A DNA stretch of 64,000 nt from a virus: positions 59,583 through 123,582 of IMG/VR virus record IMGVR_UViG_3300025362_000004, one strand, 5' to 3'. The position numbers and the translations under genes were made by a program. Positions 38,332-49,222 of this stretch are shown here, in pieces. The notes below the pieces were generated by a model that did no database searches, had not been told where the DNA came from, and saw only the letters and a program-made list of their open reading frames with translations. Within the stretch, counting starts at the first letter, position 1; each line of letters opens with the position of its first letter.

Positions 38332-39135
38332 ATGGAAGAGAAGAGAACAAGTTGGTCTATGTTACCATTTGAAAATTTAACAATAGCTGAAAAAATAGAA
38401 GTCTGTAGAAGAATACAGAATGATGAAGAATGTGAAAAAGGATATATTGAATTTAATGCCGTTGAGAGGTCAGGTTTTGTAAATGTATCTGATGAGCAAT
38501 ATGAAAAGTATGAAGATTATGCTGATGGGACTAGAGAATATATGTATTCAAAAATGGACTTAATCCTAGATATATTAAGAAAGAACGCTGGGACTACAAT
38601 AACGTTTAGAGATAGAATAATGCCGTTAATGAAAAAATGTGCAATATATTTATATACTGATTTGACTGATAAACAAAAAGAACTATATCATGAAAAAGAA
38701 GTGTATGGGAAAGATTTTAGTAAATTTAGAGGTTGTTGCATAGGTTGGGGACATTGCTTATTAATGTATCCTAAAGAAACTTATTATAAAGACGAGTTAA
38801 TTGAAATTTTTATTCATGACCAAAATGAAACTATAGAAAGCGCGGCTTGGATTCTTATGCACGAACTAGGTCATGCGATGATTACAAGAGATTTCTCAGG
38901 GCCTTTGGGCGGTTTTATCCATGCAATGAAATGGACACATGAAGGCCATCTTAAGGCACAGAAAATAGACAGAGTAGAATATTATAATACAGACGAAGGG
39001 CATGAAGCAGACCCCGAAGAACAATTCTGTAATATGATTGCAAATACATGGATTAATAAAAATCTAGATAGACATTGGTGGCGTAAGAATATGGCGCCAA
39101 AAGGAGAATTATATTATGAAAAGAGAAAGCACTAA
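38332..39135 (+). CDS. zincin-like HExxH protein
   Basis: MHELGH...EE.FCN. Confidence 0.65.
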   Translation: MEEKRTSWSMLPFENLTIAEKIEVCRRIQNDEECEKGYIEFNAVERSGFVNVSDEQYEKYEDYADGTREYMYSKMDLILDILRKNAGTTITFRDRIMPLMKKCAIYLYTDLTDKQKELYHEKEVYGKDFSKFRGCCIGWGHCLLMYPKETYYKDELIEIFIHDQNETIESAAWILMHELGHAMITRDFSGPLGGFIHAMKWTHEGHLKAQKIDRVEYYNTDEGHEADPEEQFCNMIANTWINKNLDRHWWRKNMAPKGELYYEKRKH

Positions 39136-39427
39136 AATGTTAAATATTTATATTGACGAGTATATGGCTTTTACTGAATCAGCTTTAATAAGTAATTTTA
39201 AACATGAGTATGGATTAGAATTTGATGGTTGGTTTAAAATAATAATTGAGACAGGTAGAAGCGGAAAAAGAATAGACAGTTTGTTTATAACGCATACAGA
39301 AGGATTTGGTTCTGGAACGTTCTTCTTTCTAGAAGAATCAAAAAGATGGATTGGAACAGTAGCTAACAGTTTTGGTGAGTATGAAAATGAATTAATAGAA
39401 AAAACATTAAACGAGTTGGAGGAATAA
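39116..39427 (+). CDS. hypothetical protein
   Basis: RBS within the repeat. Confidence 0.7.
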   Translation: MKRESTKMLNIYIDEYMAFTESALISNFKHEYGLEFDGWFKIIIETGRSGKRIDSLFITHTEGFGSGTFFFLEESKRWIGTVANSFGEYENELIEKTLNELEE

Positions 39428-39430
39428 GGA

Positions 39431-39652
39431 ATGGACAAAAAACAAAAGGTAGTTGATTACGATAGCTATGATAATCCATATATAGCTACTTTTATAGAAA
39501 AAGAATTGGATGAGGGTTATTTTATTATTGGGGTTTCTTCTCAATTCTATTATGCTTATAGTCCTCAAACAGGGGGATCAGAAAAATTTACAGTAACAAC
39601 TGTAATATATGAAAAAAAAGGAGAATTATATTATGAAAAGACAAAGCACTAA
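39431..39652 (+). CDS. hypothetical protein
   Basis: GGAGG RBS. Confidence 0.7.
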   Translation: MDKKQKVVDYDSYDNPYIATFIEKELDEGYFIIGVSSQFYYAYSPQTGGSEKFTVTTVIYEKKGELYYEKTKH

Positions 39653-39827
39653 AATGGAAAAGAATAAAACATTGAATAGTATATTGCAAGAAACTAATGA
39701 ACTTGATTTCCTTGTAGAAAATATCGGAAGCTTAGCGGGCTTCTATGATTCAATGGAGCACCCTCAAGTTATTAGAATGAGAGAACAATATGGAAAAAGA
39801 AAAAGAGAAATTATGAATGGAATGTAG
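39633..39827 (+). CDS. hypothetical protein
   Basis: RBS within the repeat. Confidence 0.65.
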   Translation: MKRQSTKMEKNKTLNSILQETNELDFLVENIGSLAGFYDSMEHPQVIRMREQYGKRKREIMNGM

Positions 39828-39838
39828 AGGTAGAAAAA

Positions 39839-40057
39839 ATGACTAAGAATAACGAATTAAAATTATTTGCTGGAGAAGAGCAAGTTATAGCTATTAAGAA
39901 TGTTTTAACAATAGACTATCAACCATATAAAGAAGAATTTGGATATATTTTATATACGAAAGAATATAATGACTTAACGGTTTATACAAGAGAAATAAAT
40001 TATACATTTAATATACCAATAACGAAAATAATATTAATCGAGGTACAAGATGAATAA
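39839..40057 (+). CDS. hypothetical protein
   Basis: GAGGT RBS. Confidence 0.65.
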   Translation: MTKNNELKLFAGEEQVIAIKNVLTIDYQPYKEEFGYILYTKEYNDLTVYTREINYTFNIPITKIILIEVQDE

Positions 40058-40415
40058 AGAAGGACAAAGATTACTAGAAGAGATTCATGACGAATATAAT
40101 AAATTAATGAAAAACTTTAGAAGATTTAAAAATACTGACAACCCTATAGACCGCCTTGAATTTTTCGGAGACGCCTATTCGGACATATTTGTTTGGTTAA
40201 AATCTCTTAATAAGCTTATTGAAGATTGTTTAGATAACGATTTTGGTGATACATTTTATAGATATATGTTATCTTATATAATGAGTTTTGAGGACGGGAC
40301 TGTAGAGGCAGAAACTATGTTTGAAGCAGTGCAACATCTAAGTGAAATAATACATCAGAATAAAGGTAAAGAAATATCAATAAAATTTGAGGTGGAAGAT
40401 GAGTTACACAAGTAA
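40050..40415 (+). CDS. hypothetical protein
   Basis: GAGGT RBS. Confidence 0.65.
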   Translation: MNKEGQRLLEEIHDEYNKLMKNFRRFKNTDNPIDRLEFFGDAYSDIFVWLKSLNKLIEDCLDNDFGDTFYRYMLSYIMSFEDGTVEAETMFEAVQHLSEIIHQNKGKEISIKFEVEDELHK

Positions 40416-42267
40416 AAATATAACAACACTCGAGGGCATTGAGGCGATTCGCTTAAGACCAGCTATGTATATAGCTAATGTAGATTCAAGCGGAATACAT
40501 CACTTAGCACTTGAAGTTATTTCAAATAGCATTGATGAAGCTTTAAACAGCCATGCCGATGTAATAGAAATAACAACAAAAGGAAAAACAATAACAGTAA
40601 CAGATAATGGCCGTGGAATACCTTTCGGTAAAACTAAAAATGGTAAAGAAGCGATAATTGAAATCTGCACAAGTTTACACAGTGGTGGTAAATTTGGACA
40701 AGGCGGATATTCAGTATCTGGTGGATTACATGGTATCGGACTAACAGCAGTTAATGCTTTGTCTGATTATTTTTACATTGAGTCAAGACGTGATAATAAA
40801 AAAGCAATGGTTGAAGCCAAAAAGGGAATCATTCAAGAGTTCGAAGTAGTTAATAAGGTTTCTAAAGATACTGGGACTACAATAGAATTTATTCCCGATA
40901 CAGAAATATTTAAAAACGAAACATTTAATCTTAAAGAGCTTGAGAGAATAGTTCAAGAATTGAGTTTCTTGACTTCAGAAGCCACCTTTATTTTAAATGG
41001 TAAGAAGTTTAAAAGTAAAGACGGTCTTAAGGAAATGATTAAAGACAAATCAAAGAAACCGCTTACCGATATTATTTACGTAAGAGGAGAAGAACCTGGC
41101 TTCATGGTAGAGCTTGCATTTCAATTTGAAGATAGAAGCATGGAAAGAATATATGCCTACACAAATAACATCCCCAATGAAGAGGGGGGAACTCACGTTA
41201 CTGGATTTAAAACTGCGTTCACAAATTCAATAAATAAACTTGCAAGAAAATATGGTATGTTAGAAGAGAAAGATGAAAATCTAAACGGAGATTTACTACG
41301 TATTGGATTGAATGCGGCTATCTCGATAAGGACAGCTGAAGCACCTATATTCAAAAGTCAAACAAAAAATAAACTAATGACGCCTGGAGCTCGTGGAGCA
41401 GTTAGTAGATTACTAACAGCTAACTTTGAAAATAGCATAACGAAAAAAGATTTAAAGATAATTGTAGACCGTGCTATATCTGAACAGAAAGCACTTGATG
41501 CGGCTAAACGAGCTAGAGAAGCCGCAGGTAAAGTTAAGTCAGGCGGCAAGGACATGAATTCTATTAAAGACTTACCAAGTAAGCTTGTAGATTGTAAAGA
41601 TAGAAATGGAGAAGTTTGGATTCTTGAAGGAGACTCAGCTGGTGGATTAGCTAAGATGTGTCGTAATCCAAAGAATCAAGCAATACTACCTTTAAGAGGA
41701 AAAGTATTAAATACACATGGAAAAGAACTAGCAGACATTATAAAAAATAAAGAAATCAAGGATATGATTACAGCCTTTGGAACAGGCGTTGCTAATCAGT
41801 TCAATATAAGGAACTTCAGATACAGTAAAATAATTATACTCGCAGACGCAGACCCAGATGGGAAACACATCAATGTCCTAATACTAACATTAATCGCAAT
41901 GCACCTGCCAGAACTAATCAAACAAGGTAAGGTTTATGTGGCTATACCGCCGCTATTCAAATCTACAACACCTAAATCAGTAAAATATTTCTTTTCTACT
42001 GATGAGTTAGATAAAGCTAGCGGTAAAGGACAAGTTACACGATTCAAAGGTATTGGTGAAATGAATGCCGAAGACTTATGGGATACAACAATGAATCCAG
42101 AAACAAGAAAGATTGTAAAATTAACTGCAGAAAACTTTGAAGATACATTAAAACTATTTGATACACTTATGGGTAAATCTTCAACAGCTCGTAGAAATTT
42201 TATTATCCAAAATACAGATAAATTAAACGAAGAAGATTTCTTTGGAGATGGAGAGGATAGTGAATAA
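40399..42267 (+). CDS. gyrB: type IIA topoisomerase B subunit (GyrB/ParE)
   Basis: DNGRGIP, GGLHGIG, EGDSA, PLRGK, DADPDG.HI. Confidence 0.9.
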   Translation: MSYTSKNITTLEGIEAIRLRPAMYIANVDSSGIHHLALEVISNSIDEALNSHADVIEITTKGKTITVTDNGRGIPFGKTKNGKEAIIEICTSLHSGGKFGQGGYSVSGGLHGIGLTAVNALSDYFYIESRRDNKKAMVEAKKGIIQEFEVVNKVSKDTGTTIEFIPDTEIFKNETFNLKELERIVQELSFLTSEATFILNGKKFKSKDGLKEMIKDKSKKPLTDIIYVRGEEPGFMVELAFQFEDRSMERIYAYTNNIPNEEGGTHVTGFKTAFTNSINKLARKYGMLEEKDENLNGDLLRIGLNAAISIRTAEAPIFKSQTKNKLMTPGARGAVSRLLTANFENSITKKDLKIIVDRAISEQKALDAAKRAREAAGKVKSGGKDMNSIKDLPSKLVDCKDRNGEVWILEGDSAGGLAKMCRNPKNQAILPLRGKVLNTHGKELADIIKNKEIKDMITAFGTGVANQFNIRNFRYSKIIILADADPDGKHINVLILTLIAMHLPELIKQGKVYVAIPPLFKSTTPKSVKYFFSTDELDKASGKGQVTRFKGIGEMNAEDLWDTTMNPETRKIVKLTAENFEDTLKLFDTLMGKSSTARRNFIIQNTDKLNEEDFFGDGEDSE

Positions 42268-42461
42268 TGACTAAAGACGAATTAAGAAAAAAATATAGAT
42301 ATACTCACAGAGTATATAGACTGAATGAAAAAGAAGTTATGATTGAGGGGAATACACACGATACAATTATAACATATAATACAGGCGAGGAGTGTTTAGA
42401 AAACTTCTTGAGAATAAAAAATGAATTCAAGGAGGCTTGGCAATTTTATGGAGATAAATAA
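42267..42461 (+). CDS. hypothetical protein
   Basis: TAATG coupling. Confidence 0.6.
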   Translation: MTKDELRKKYRYTHRVYRLNEKEVMIEGNTHDTIITYNTGEECLENFLRIKNEFKEAWQFYGDK

Positions 42462-44718
42462 AAAGATATCAGAAGATTTTCTTGAATACGCAAATGCGGT
42501 AATTACATCAAGAGCAATTCCTAAGGTTGAAGATAATCTAAAGCCTGTTCATAGACGTATTTTATATGCTATGGCAGAGAAAAAACTATGGAATAATAAA
42601 TCAATGATGAAATGCGCAAGTGTTGTTGGTGAAATAATGCACTATCATCCTCATGGAGATAAGGCAATTTACGACTCACTAATTAGATTAGGACAATCTT
42701 GGAAAATGAGATACCCTCTTATTGAAGTCGGTGGTAATAATGGTAGTATTTTAGGAGACAAACCTGCGGCTATGCGTTATACAGAGTGTAGACTTACAAA
42801 AATTGGTGAGTTAATGCTTGAAGATTTAAGTTCAGATGTTGTTTTATTCAAACCAAATTATGATGAAACCACAACTGAACCAATGATGCTACCAAGTAAA
42901 TTCCCGAATATCATTTGTAATGGCAACGCGGGAATCGCAGTAGGATTAAGTTCAAGCTTAGTTCCGCACAATTTAACAGAGGTAGTAAATGCAATTCTTG
43001 CATATTTAAAGAAACCTAATATGACAATAGAAGAATTAATGGAATACGTACCTGGTCCAGATTTCCCTACTGGGGGAGTTATAGTTGATAGCGAAAAATT
43101 AAAAGATATTTATATTTATGGTAGTGGAGCAGTAACGCTTCAGGCTAAATATGAAATAGAAAAAATTGGAACTAAACAGGCTATCCATTTCACAGAAATA
43201 CCTTATTTGATTGATGTAGAAGAAGGCGTAGTTAAAAAAATCAAGAAGCTCGTTATTGAGGATGGATTCGATTTAATCGAAGATTATGAAAATAACACTA
43301 ACAAAGATGGTATTAGTTTGAGAGTATTTTTAAAGAAAGGCGCTAATGTTTACAAAGTGCTTGACACTTTATGGAAAAATACAAGACTTCAGACAAGTCA
43401 AAGAATAAGCAATACTGTAATATATAAGGGAACACCAAAAGTATTAGGATTAATTGGTTTAATTGAACATTTTGTGAAATTTAGAAGCGAAATAATAGAA
43501 AACAAAAGTATAAAAGAGTATCAAGAAACTACAAGAAAGAGAGTTATTTCTGAAGGATTAATTAAAGCAATTGTTATTATTGATGAAATTATTGAGATGA
43601 TAAAACAATCTGATGATAAAGCTTCAGCAAAATTAACTCTAACAGAAAAATATGGATTTGTTCCAGCGCAAGCAGAAGCAATTCTTAATATAAAATTAAG
43701 TAGTTTAAGTAAATTAGATAGTGAAAAAATTCATAAAGACTTATTAGACTCTGCAAAAAGAGCGAAAGAATTAGAAAAAATATTTACTAGTGAAAAAGCT
43801 CGTTATGAAATTATAGCATCTGAATTAAAAGAAATTCAAAAGAATTTTGGAGATACAAGAAAAACTAAACTTTCAAATACTTCTATCGCAACTAACAAAC
43901 TTGCTAAGGAACCAGTGAATATCATTGTCTTTGAAAATGGGAAAGTATATACATCTCAAAATGATATAAATAAAATTCCTTTTGGTAAAAGAGGTTCAGT
44001 TTTGAACGATGCGGCTATAGCAGGAATTTTAAATGCTAAGCCAATTGATACACTTTCAACATTCTCATCAGATGGCGTTATAATTAAACATAAAATATTA
44101 AATCTAACTGTTGATGAGTTAGAAACATTAGATAATAGTATTGATGTTATTGCGGCATTTGATATAGAAAACTCAAAGAAAGATATGGCTATTTTTGTTA
44201 CAGCGAATGGAACTGTAAAAATGACAGATTTATCTGAATATGCTAAAGTAAAAACAACAACAAAAGCAATTAAACTTCGTGAAGGAGATAAATTAATTTA
44301 TGTTGGACTCGTTAGTAAAAATGATGTTCTTTATATACTTGGAGAAAAAGGAAAACTAGTTAAGTATTCTATTTCAGAAGTAACAAAAACAAGTAGGCTT
44401 ACAATTGGAACAAAAGGGATAAACGATAACGCCATTGCGGCTTTAGCGGCGAACCCAGCTGATAAAGTATTTTCTATTAATAGTGATAACCAAGCAAAAC
44501 TAACCGAAGGCAAAGATTTTAATATCACTGCTAAAGGTTCTAATGGGCAAGTAATTGCCGAAAATACAATAAAAATATTAAATGGTGAAAAAGATTATGT
44601 TATTATTTTTAGCGGGAAAAAGAATAGTTTAGTGAGTATAAAGACCCTAGCTGTTAAAAGTAAAAGTTCACTTGGAGCTAAAATAGCAAACGGCGATATT
44701 AGTAGCATAATTAACTAA
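42448..44718 (+). CDS. gyrA: type IIA topoisomerase A subunit (GyrA/ParC)
   Basis: LKPVHRR, YHPHGD, AAMRYTE, GPDFPTGG. Confidence 0.9.
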   Translation: MEINKKISEDFLEYANAVITSRAIPKVEDNLKPVHRRILYAMAEKKLWNNKSMMKCASVVGEIMHYHPHGDKAIYDSLIRLGQSWKMRYPLIEVGGNNGSILGDKPAAMRYTECRLTKIGELMLEDLSSDVVLFKPNYDETTTEPMMLPSKFPNIICNGNAGIAVGLSSSLVPHNLTEVVNAILAYLKKPNMTIEELMEYVPGPDFPTGGVIVDSEKLKDIYIYGSGAVTLQAKYEIEKIGTKQAIHFTEIPYLIDVEEGVVKKIKKLVIEDGFDLIEDYENNTNKDGISLRVFLKKGANVYKVLDTLWKNTRLQTSQRISNTVIYKGTPKVLGLIGLIEHFVKFRSEIIENKSIKEYQETTRKRVISEGLIKAIVIIDEIIEMIKQSDDKASAKLTLTEKYGFVPAQAEAILNIKLSSLSKLDSEKIHKDLLDSAKRAKELEKIFTSEKARYEIIASELKEIQKNFGDTRKTKLSNTSIATNKLAKEPVNIIVFENGKVYTSQNDINKIPFGKRGSVLNDAAIAGILNAKPIDTLSTFSSDGVIIKHKILNLTVDELETLDNSIDVIAAFDIENSKKDMAIFVTANGTVKMTDLSEYAKVKTTTKAIKLREGDKLIYVGLVSKNDVLYILGEKGKLVKYSISEVTKTSRLTIGTKGINDNAIAALAANPADKVFSINSDNQAKLTEGKDFNITAKGSNGQVIAENTIKILNGEKDYVIIFSGKKNSLVSIKTLAVKSKSSLGAKIANGDISSIIN

Positions 44719-44987
44719 GAGAAAGCTTAACTAAATTTGATTTTTTGTTTAATTTAAAGTATAATATAAGTATAGAAAGTTAAAAATAAGTAAACTTTTT
44801 TACTAAGATTTTGGAATACAAAACTGGAGAAAGGTTTTATAAATTTGACTTTTTAAGAAGTTTGTAGTATAATATTTATATAAGAGAAAAAACCTAAAAT
44901 ATTATATTTTATACGAGCGGTCTTGCCCACTGTTAGTATTTAAAACAAACTATAAAAAAATAATTACCAAACGGAGGAACACAAAAC

Positions 44988-45269
44988 ATGCCAAATGAAA
45001 CAAAAGTAGAATTAACTGAAAAAGCTGCAGTAGTATTAGAGTTTTTACAAGGTCAAGAAGAAGCAATGACTGGAGCTCAAATTGCAGAAGCAACAGATTT
45101 AAACCCTAGAGGAATTCATGGCGTTCTTAACTCATTAGTAAAAAGATTATTTGTTGAAAAACCAGCAAAAATTACTATGAAAATTATCAATAAAGATGGA
45201 TTAGAAGAAGAACGCGCATACACTACTTACCAAGTGACAGCACTTGGAGCAGAATTCGTAGCTGAGTAA
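44988..45269 (+). CDS. winged-helix DNA-binding protein
   Basis: MTGAQIAEAT.L....I.GVLNSLVKR. Confidence 0.7.
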   Translation: MPNETKVELTEKAAVVLEFLQGQEEAMTGAQIAEATDLNPRGIHGVLNSLVKRLFVEKPAKITMKIINKDGLEEERAYTTYQVTALGAEFVAE

Positions 45270-45371
45270 TAATTTAACAAGCGATATGACTTTGTTGGGC
45301 TACTAAGTCATATCACAACATTATCTTAAAAAAACGAAAATAAAAATCTAAAAGAGGAGAAAAAGAAGAAA

Positions 45372-46220
45372 ATGGAAAAAACAAACAAGACTTATGTTAT
45401 TGGAACATTAAAAGATTTAGAAGTTAGACGTGATGAAAAAGATGGTAAAAACTATATTGCAGGTAAATTCACTGTTCACGTTTCAGAAACCAATCAAGTA
45501 GAACACAAGTTTTTCTCTTACGAGTTGACTAAGAAAGACGAACCTAACAAGCGTTATAGAAACTATAATGACTTAGAAGGATATGTTGACCGTAGAGTTA
45601 AAATTACTGGTGAAATAGGAAGTAGAGCTTTCTATAATACTACCGAAGGACAAGTAATTCCTTTTACCGAAGTTAATGCAGGATTTGTTAACTTAGCGAA
45701 AGACACTGAACCAAATGTAGCAACATTTGAACTTGGTGGATATGTAATCAAACCTATTCATGAAAGAATGAATAAAGAAGAAAAATTAATTGCATATGAA
45801 ATGGAAGTTGGTCAATCAGATTATTCTGGAAACAATTTAAGAGTTATTAAATTAACTGTTAAAATGGACAATACCAAAATGGTTAATAACATTGAAACGC
45901 ATTATACTAAAGGCACAACAATCTTTGTTAATGGAGAAATCAATTACAACACTACTATTGAAGAAGTAGTAGAAGAAGTTATGTTCGGTAAGCCGATTGT
46001 TAAACATTTCCCTAAAACTATTAAGGCATTTGAAATTGTTGGTGGAAAACAACCTATCGTTTCAGGAGAAGCTTATTCTAAAGAACAAATTAGTCAATTA
46101 GAAAAATCTTATCAAGAATACCTATTAAATGTTGAAGAAGAAGGAAAAACAAGAGTACAATCTGGCGAATCAACTGTAAATAACAATCCTGACAAATCTG
46201 GCGCAGGAAGCTTATTATAA
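45372..46220 (+). CDS. phage single-stranded DNA-binding protein (double OB-fold type)
   Basis: Beta-rich, upstream of the Sak4/DnaB module. Confidence 0.6.
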   Translation: MEKTNKTYVIGTLKDLEVRRDEKDGKNYIAGKFTVHVSETNQVEHKFFSYELTKKDEPNKRYRNYNDLEGYVDRRVKITGEIGSRAFYNTTEGQVIPFTEVNAGFVNLAKDTEPNVATFELGGYVIKPIHERMNKEEKLIAYEMEVGQSDYSGNNLRVIKLTVKMDNTKMVNNIETHYTKGTTIFVNGEINYNTTIEEVVEEVMFGKPIVKHFPKTIKAFEIVGGKQPIVSGEAYSKEQISQLEKSYQEYLLNVEEEGKTRVQSGESTVNNNPDKSGAGSLL

Positions 46221-46278
46221 TCAAAAAATGGGGGTTCTTACAAAAGAACCCTATTTTTAAAAATGGAGATGAAAAGAA

Positions 46279-47250
46279 ATGAGTTTATTAGATATAAAAC
46301 CTCATCAAGTTAGTAGTTCACCTTTAGACAAGGTATTTCTTATCTATGGCGAGCCTGGAACTAGAAAAACATCTGTTGCAGTTGGAGATATAGAACATAC
46401 ACTTTTACTTGCTTTTGAAGTAGGTTATAAGTTTATACCAGGCGTATACGCAAAGAATATTATGAATTGGGTTACTCTTAAACAAATTTTAAGAGAACTG
46501 GACAATGATAATGTTAGAGAAAAATTTAAAACTATTGCTATTGATACAATCGGATTGGCATACAAAGCGTGTGTTAATTATATTTGTTCACAAAAGGGTG
46601 TAGAAGAAATTGGTAAAATCCCTTATGGACAAGGATACTCAATGGCTAAAAATGAATTTGAAAAAGTGATTAACTCAATCCCACAAAGAGGATTCGGGCT
46701 TATCATGGTTGCGCATTCTGACGAAGTAACAGACGATAATGGAATTTCAGTTAAAGTAGACATCAATAAAAGGCCTTCAAGTGTTATTAAAGGTTTAGCG
46801 GACTTTATACTTTATAGTAGAAAGGAACAACTTGATGACAAACCTGAAGAATCAACAGTTTATGCTTACTCAGAAATTAGTAAAGGACATGTTGAAGTTA
46901 AAAAGAGAGCAAGATTTTTCCCGAAAAGATTTGAATTTACTTATGAAAATCTTATTAAAGGGTTAGAAGAAGCTATCAAAAAACAAGATGAATTCTTTGG
47001 AACGCAATCTATTGAAGAAGCAGACTTTAAAGTTTTTGTAGAAGAAAAGGAAGTTGATTTAAAAGCGTTGCAAGATGAAGTAGCGGCTTTAGCAAGTTCA
47101 TTATTCGAAACTGCTGAAAAAGATATAACCATAAAAACTATTAAAGAACTATTACCTAATGTTAGAATCACTAAAACCAATAGAAATCATATCTCAGCGT
47201 TATTCGCACTAAGAGAAAGATTAACTACACTTAAAAAAGGACTTAGATAA
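46279..47250 (+). CDS. Sak4-like AAA ATPase
   Basis: YGEPGTRKT, IAIDT, YGQGY, VAHS. Confidence 0.8.
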   Translation: MSLLDIKPHQVSSSPLDKVFLIYGEPGTRKTSVAVGDIEHTLLLAFEVGYKFIPGVYAKNIMNWVTLKQILRELDNDNVREKFKTIAIDTIGLAYKACVNYICSQKGVEEIGKIPYGQGYSMAKNEFEKVINSIPQRGFGLIMVAHSDEVTDDNGISVKVDINKRPSSVIKGLADFILYSRKEQLDDKPEESTVYAYSEISKGHVEVKKRARFFPKRFEFTYENLIKGLEEAIKKQDEFFGTQSIEEADFKVFVEEKEVDLKALQDEVAALASSLFETAEKDITIKTIKELLPNVRITKTNRNHISALFALRERLTTLKKGLR

Positions 47251-47252
47251 AA

Positions 47253-47618
47253 ATGGAAAAAAAAGAGTTAGAACAATTTATTTGCTCTACTCTAGGAATA
47301 GAACTTATTAATGACACTATAAAAAGACAAATTAATAAATTCGTAACTAAGCGTGGGTTGGGATACGACGATATCGCCCGCGCTTTAACTTTCCATGTCG
47401 AAGTAAAGAAAGAAAAGTATGAACCGAGATATGGGATATCTTTTATAGAGTGGACAGCAGACGAAGCAAAAGAGTATTATGAAAAAGAAGAAAGAAGAGA
47501 AAAGGCTAAGTTGAATAGCCTTAAAAAAGAATCAACCAATATTATATTAAAAGCAGACAAGTTAAAAGAAAGAAAACCAATGAAAAAAATTGAAATAGGA
47601 GAATTAGGCGATGATTAA
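47253..47618 (+). CDS. hypothetical replication protein
   Basis: Between Sak4 and DnaB. Confidence 0.7.
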   Translation: MEKKELEQFICSTLGIELINDTIKRQINKFVTKRGLGYDDIARALTFHVEVKKEKYEPRYGISFIEWTADEAKEYYEKEERREKAKLNSLKKESTNIILKADKLKERKPMKKIEIGELGDD

Positions 47619-47638
47619 GAAATCGGGGGTAATGATTA

Positions 47639-49222
47639 ATGGCAGAAAAAACATTGTATGATTCGAATGCGATAATGTATGTGCTTGGAGTAATCATGCG
47701 TCAGCCAGATATAATCCATCAAAATGGATATATATTATCTACAACAGATTTTGAAGGATTACATGAAATTTTGTTTGGCGCCATGTACAATCTTTCGGTG
47801 GAAGGTTCAATTACACTTACGCCGGGGCAAGTAGACCTATATCTTAGACAGTTTACTAAACAATACGAGATATATACAAAAACAAACGGATACGAATATT
47901 TACAACGATTAAACACGTTAGTAGATATAAATTTTGATAAGAGTCAATTTGACTATTATTATAATAGAGTTAAGAAATTTACTATTTTAAGAGATTTTAG
48001 TAGAAGCGGTATAGACATAAGAGAATTCTATAACCCAGATGCAGATTTTCTGAAAATAGATGAAGAAAATGAAAAATTAAACAATTTAGAAGTTAAACAA
48101 ATCTTTGATAGAATTCGTGAAAGAATTGCGAATGTTGAAGATAAAAATATAAGTAAAGCAAATGTAAAAGCAATTCCTGTAGGTCAAGGACTACAAGAAT
48201 TAGTAGAAGAATTAAGTGTCCATCCTGAAGTGGGGTACCCATTAGATGGCGAGATATTAAACTTTTCTACTCGTGGTGCAAGACTTGGAAAGTATTATCT
48301 TTATAGCGCTCCGACTGGACATGGGAAGACTCGTTTTATGGTTGGTAATGCTTGTGCACTATCAATGCCATATATCAAAGATGGAAAGATTATTATTAGA
48401 GACCATTTAAGACCAATACTTTTTATTGCAACTGAAATGGAGCCTGATGAAATTCAAACATTAGTATTAGCATATGTTAGCGGAATTAATGAAGACAAGA
48501 TACTTAATGCTACTTACAGTCCAGAAGAAAAGAAAATAATTCAGATTGCGATAAGGCTAATTCAAGACTATTCAGAAAATTTTAGAATTGAAAAGATTAG
48601 TGACCCAAACATCTCATTAGTGCGTAGTAAAATAATTAAGTATATATTGTCAGATAAAATCTACAATATATTCTACGATTATATTTTCACAACGCCTTCT
48701 TTAAACATGGAATTTTCTCGTACAGGATTACGCGAGGACGTTACATTAATGATGTTATCAAATACTTTGAAAGAGCTTGCGGCTGACTATAATGTATTTA
48801 TAATGAGCGGGACTCAAGTTAATAGAGGCTGGGAAAAACGTCAATTTAGAAATGAGAATAATATCGCTGGTTCAAAAGCGATTGCAGATAAAGCAGACTT
48901 TGGTATGATTGCATTAAAACTATTAGATACAGAGTTAGAAGAAATTGCAACTTATTTAAAAGAATTAGATTTACCAATACCTAATGTGGTTATTGATATT
49001 TATAAAAACCGTAGAGGTAAAATTGTAAATGCAAAATTATTTAGAATATTTGATTATGGAACTTGTAGAGCAATAGACGTATTATTAACAGATACTAATT
49101 ATAATGTTATGCATAATCTAGGAAAAATTGAATATACTTATAAGGTAAAAGATTTATTAGAAGTTATAGTGGATAAACATAATAAGAAAAAAGATGATGA
49201 TGATGAGGGTGGTGACAAATAA
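47639..49222 (+). CDS. dnaB: DnaB-like replicative helicase
   Basis: APTGHGKT, TEM, DYI, TQVNR, KNRRG. Confidence 0.85.
   Translation: MAEKTLYDSNAIMYVLGVIMRQPDIIHQNGYILSTTDFEGLHEILFGAMYNLSVEGSITLTPGQVDLYLRQFTKQYEIYTKTNGYEYLQRLNTLVDINFDKSQFDYYYNRVKKFTILRDFSRSGIDIREFYNPDADFLKIDEENEKLNNLEVKQIFDRIRERIANVEDKNISKANVKAIPVGQGLQELVEELSVHPEVGYPLDGEILNFSTRGARLGKYYLYSAPTGHGKTRFMVGNACALSMPYIKDGKIIIRDHLRPILFIATEMEPDEIQTLVLAYVSGINEDKILNATYSPEEKKIIQIAIRLIQDYSENFRIEKISDPNISLVRSKIIKYILSDKIYNIFYDYIFTTPSLNMEFSRTGLREDVTLMMLSNTLKELAADYNVFIMSGTQVNRGWEKRQFRNENNIAGSKAIADKADFGMIALKLLDTELEEIATYLKELDLPIPNVVIDIYKNRRGKIVNAKLFRIFDYGTCRAIDVLLTDTNYNVMHNLGKIEYTYKVKDLLEVIVDKHNKKKDDDDEGGDK

Larger units (their letters stand above)
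39099..39656 (+). repeat. 41-bp direct repeats flanking a two-gene cassette
   Basis: AAAAGGAGAATTATATTATGAAAAGASAAAGCACTAAAATG at 39099 and 39616. Confidence 0.85.
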
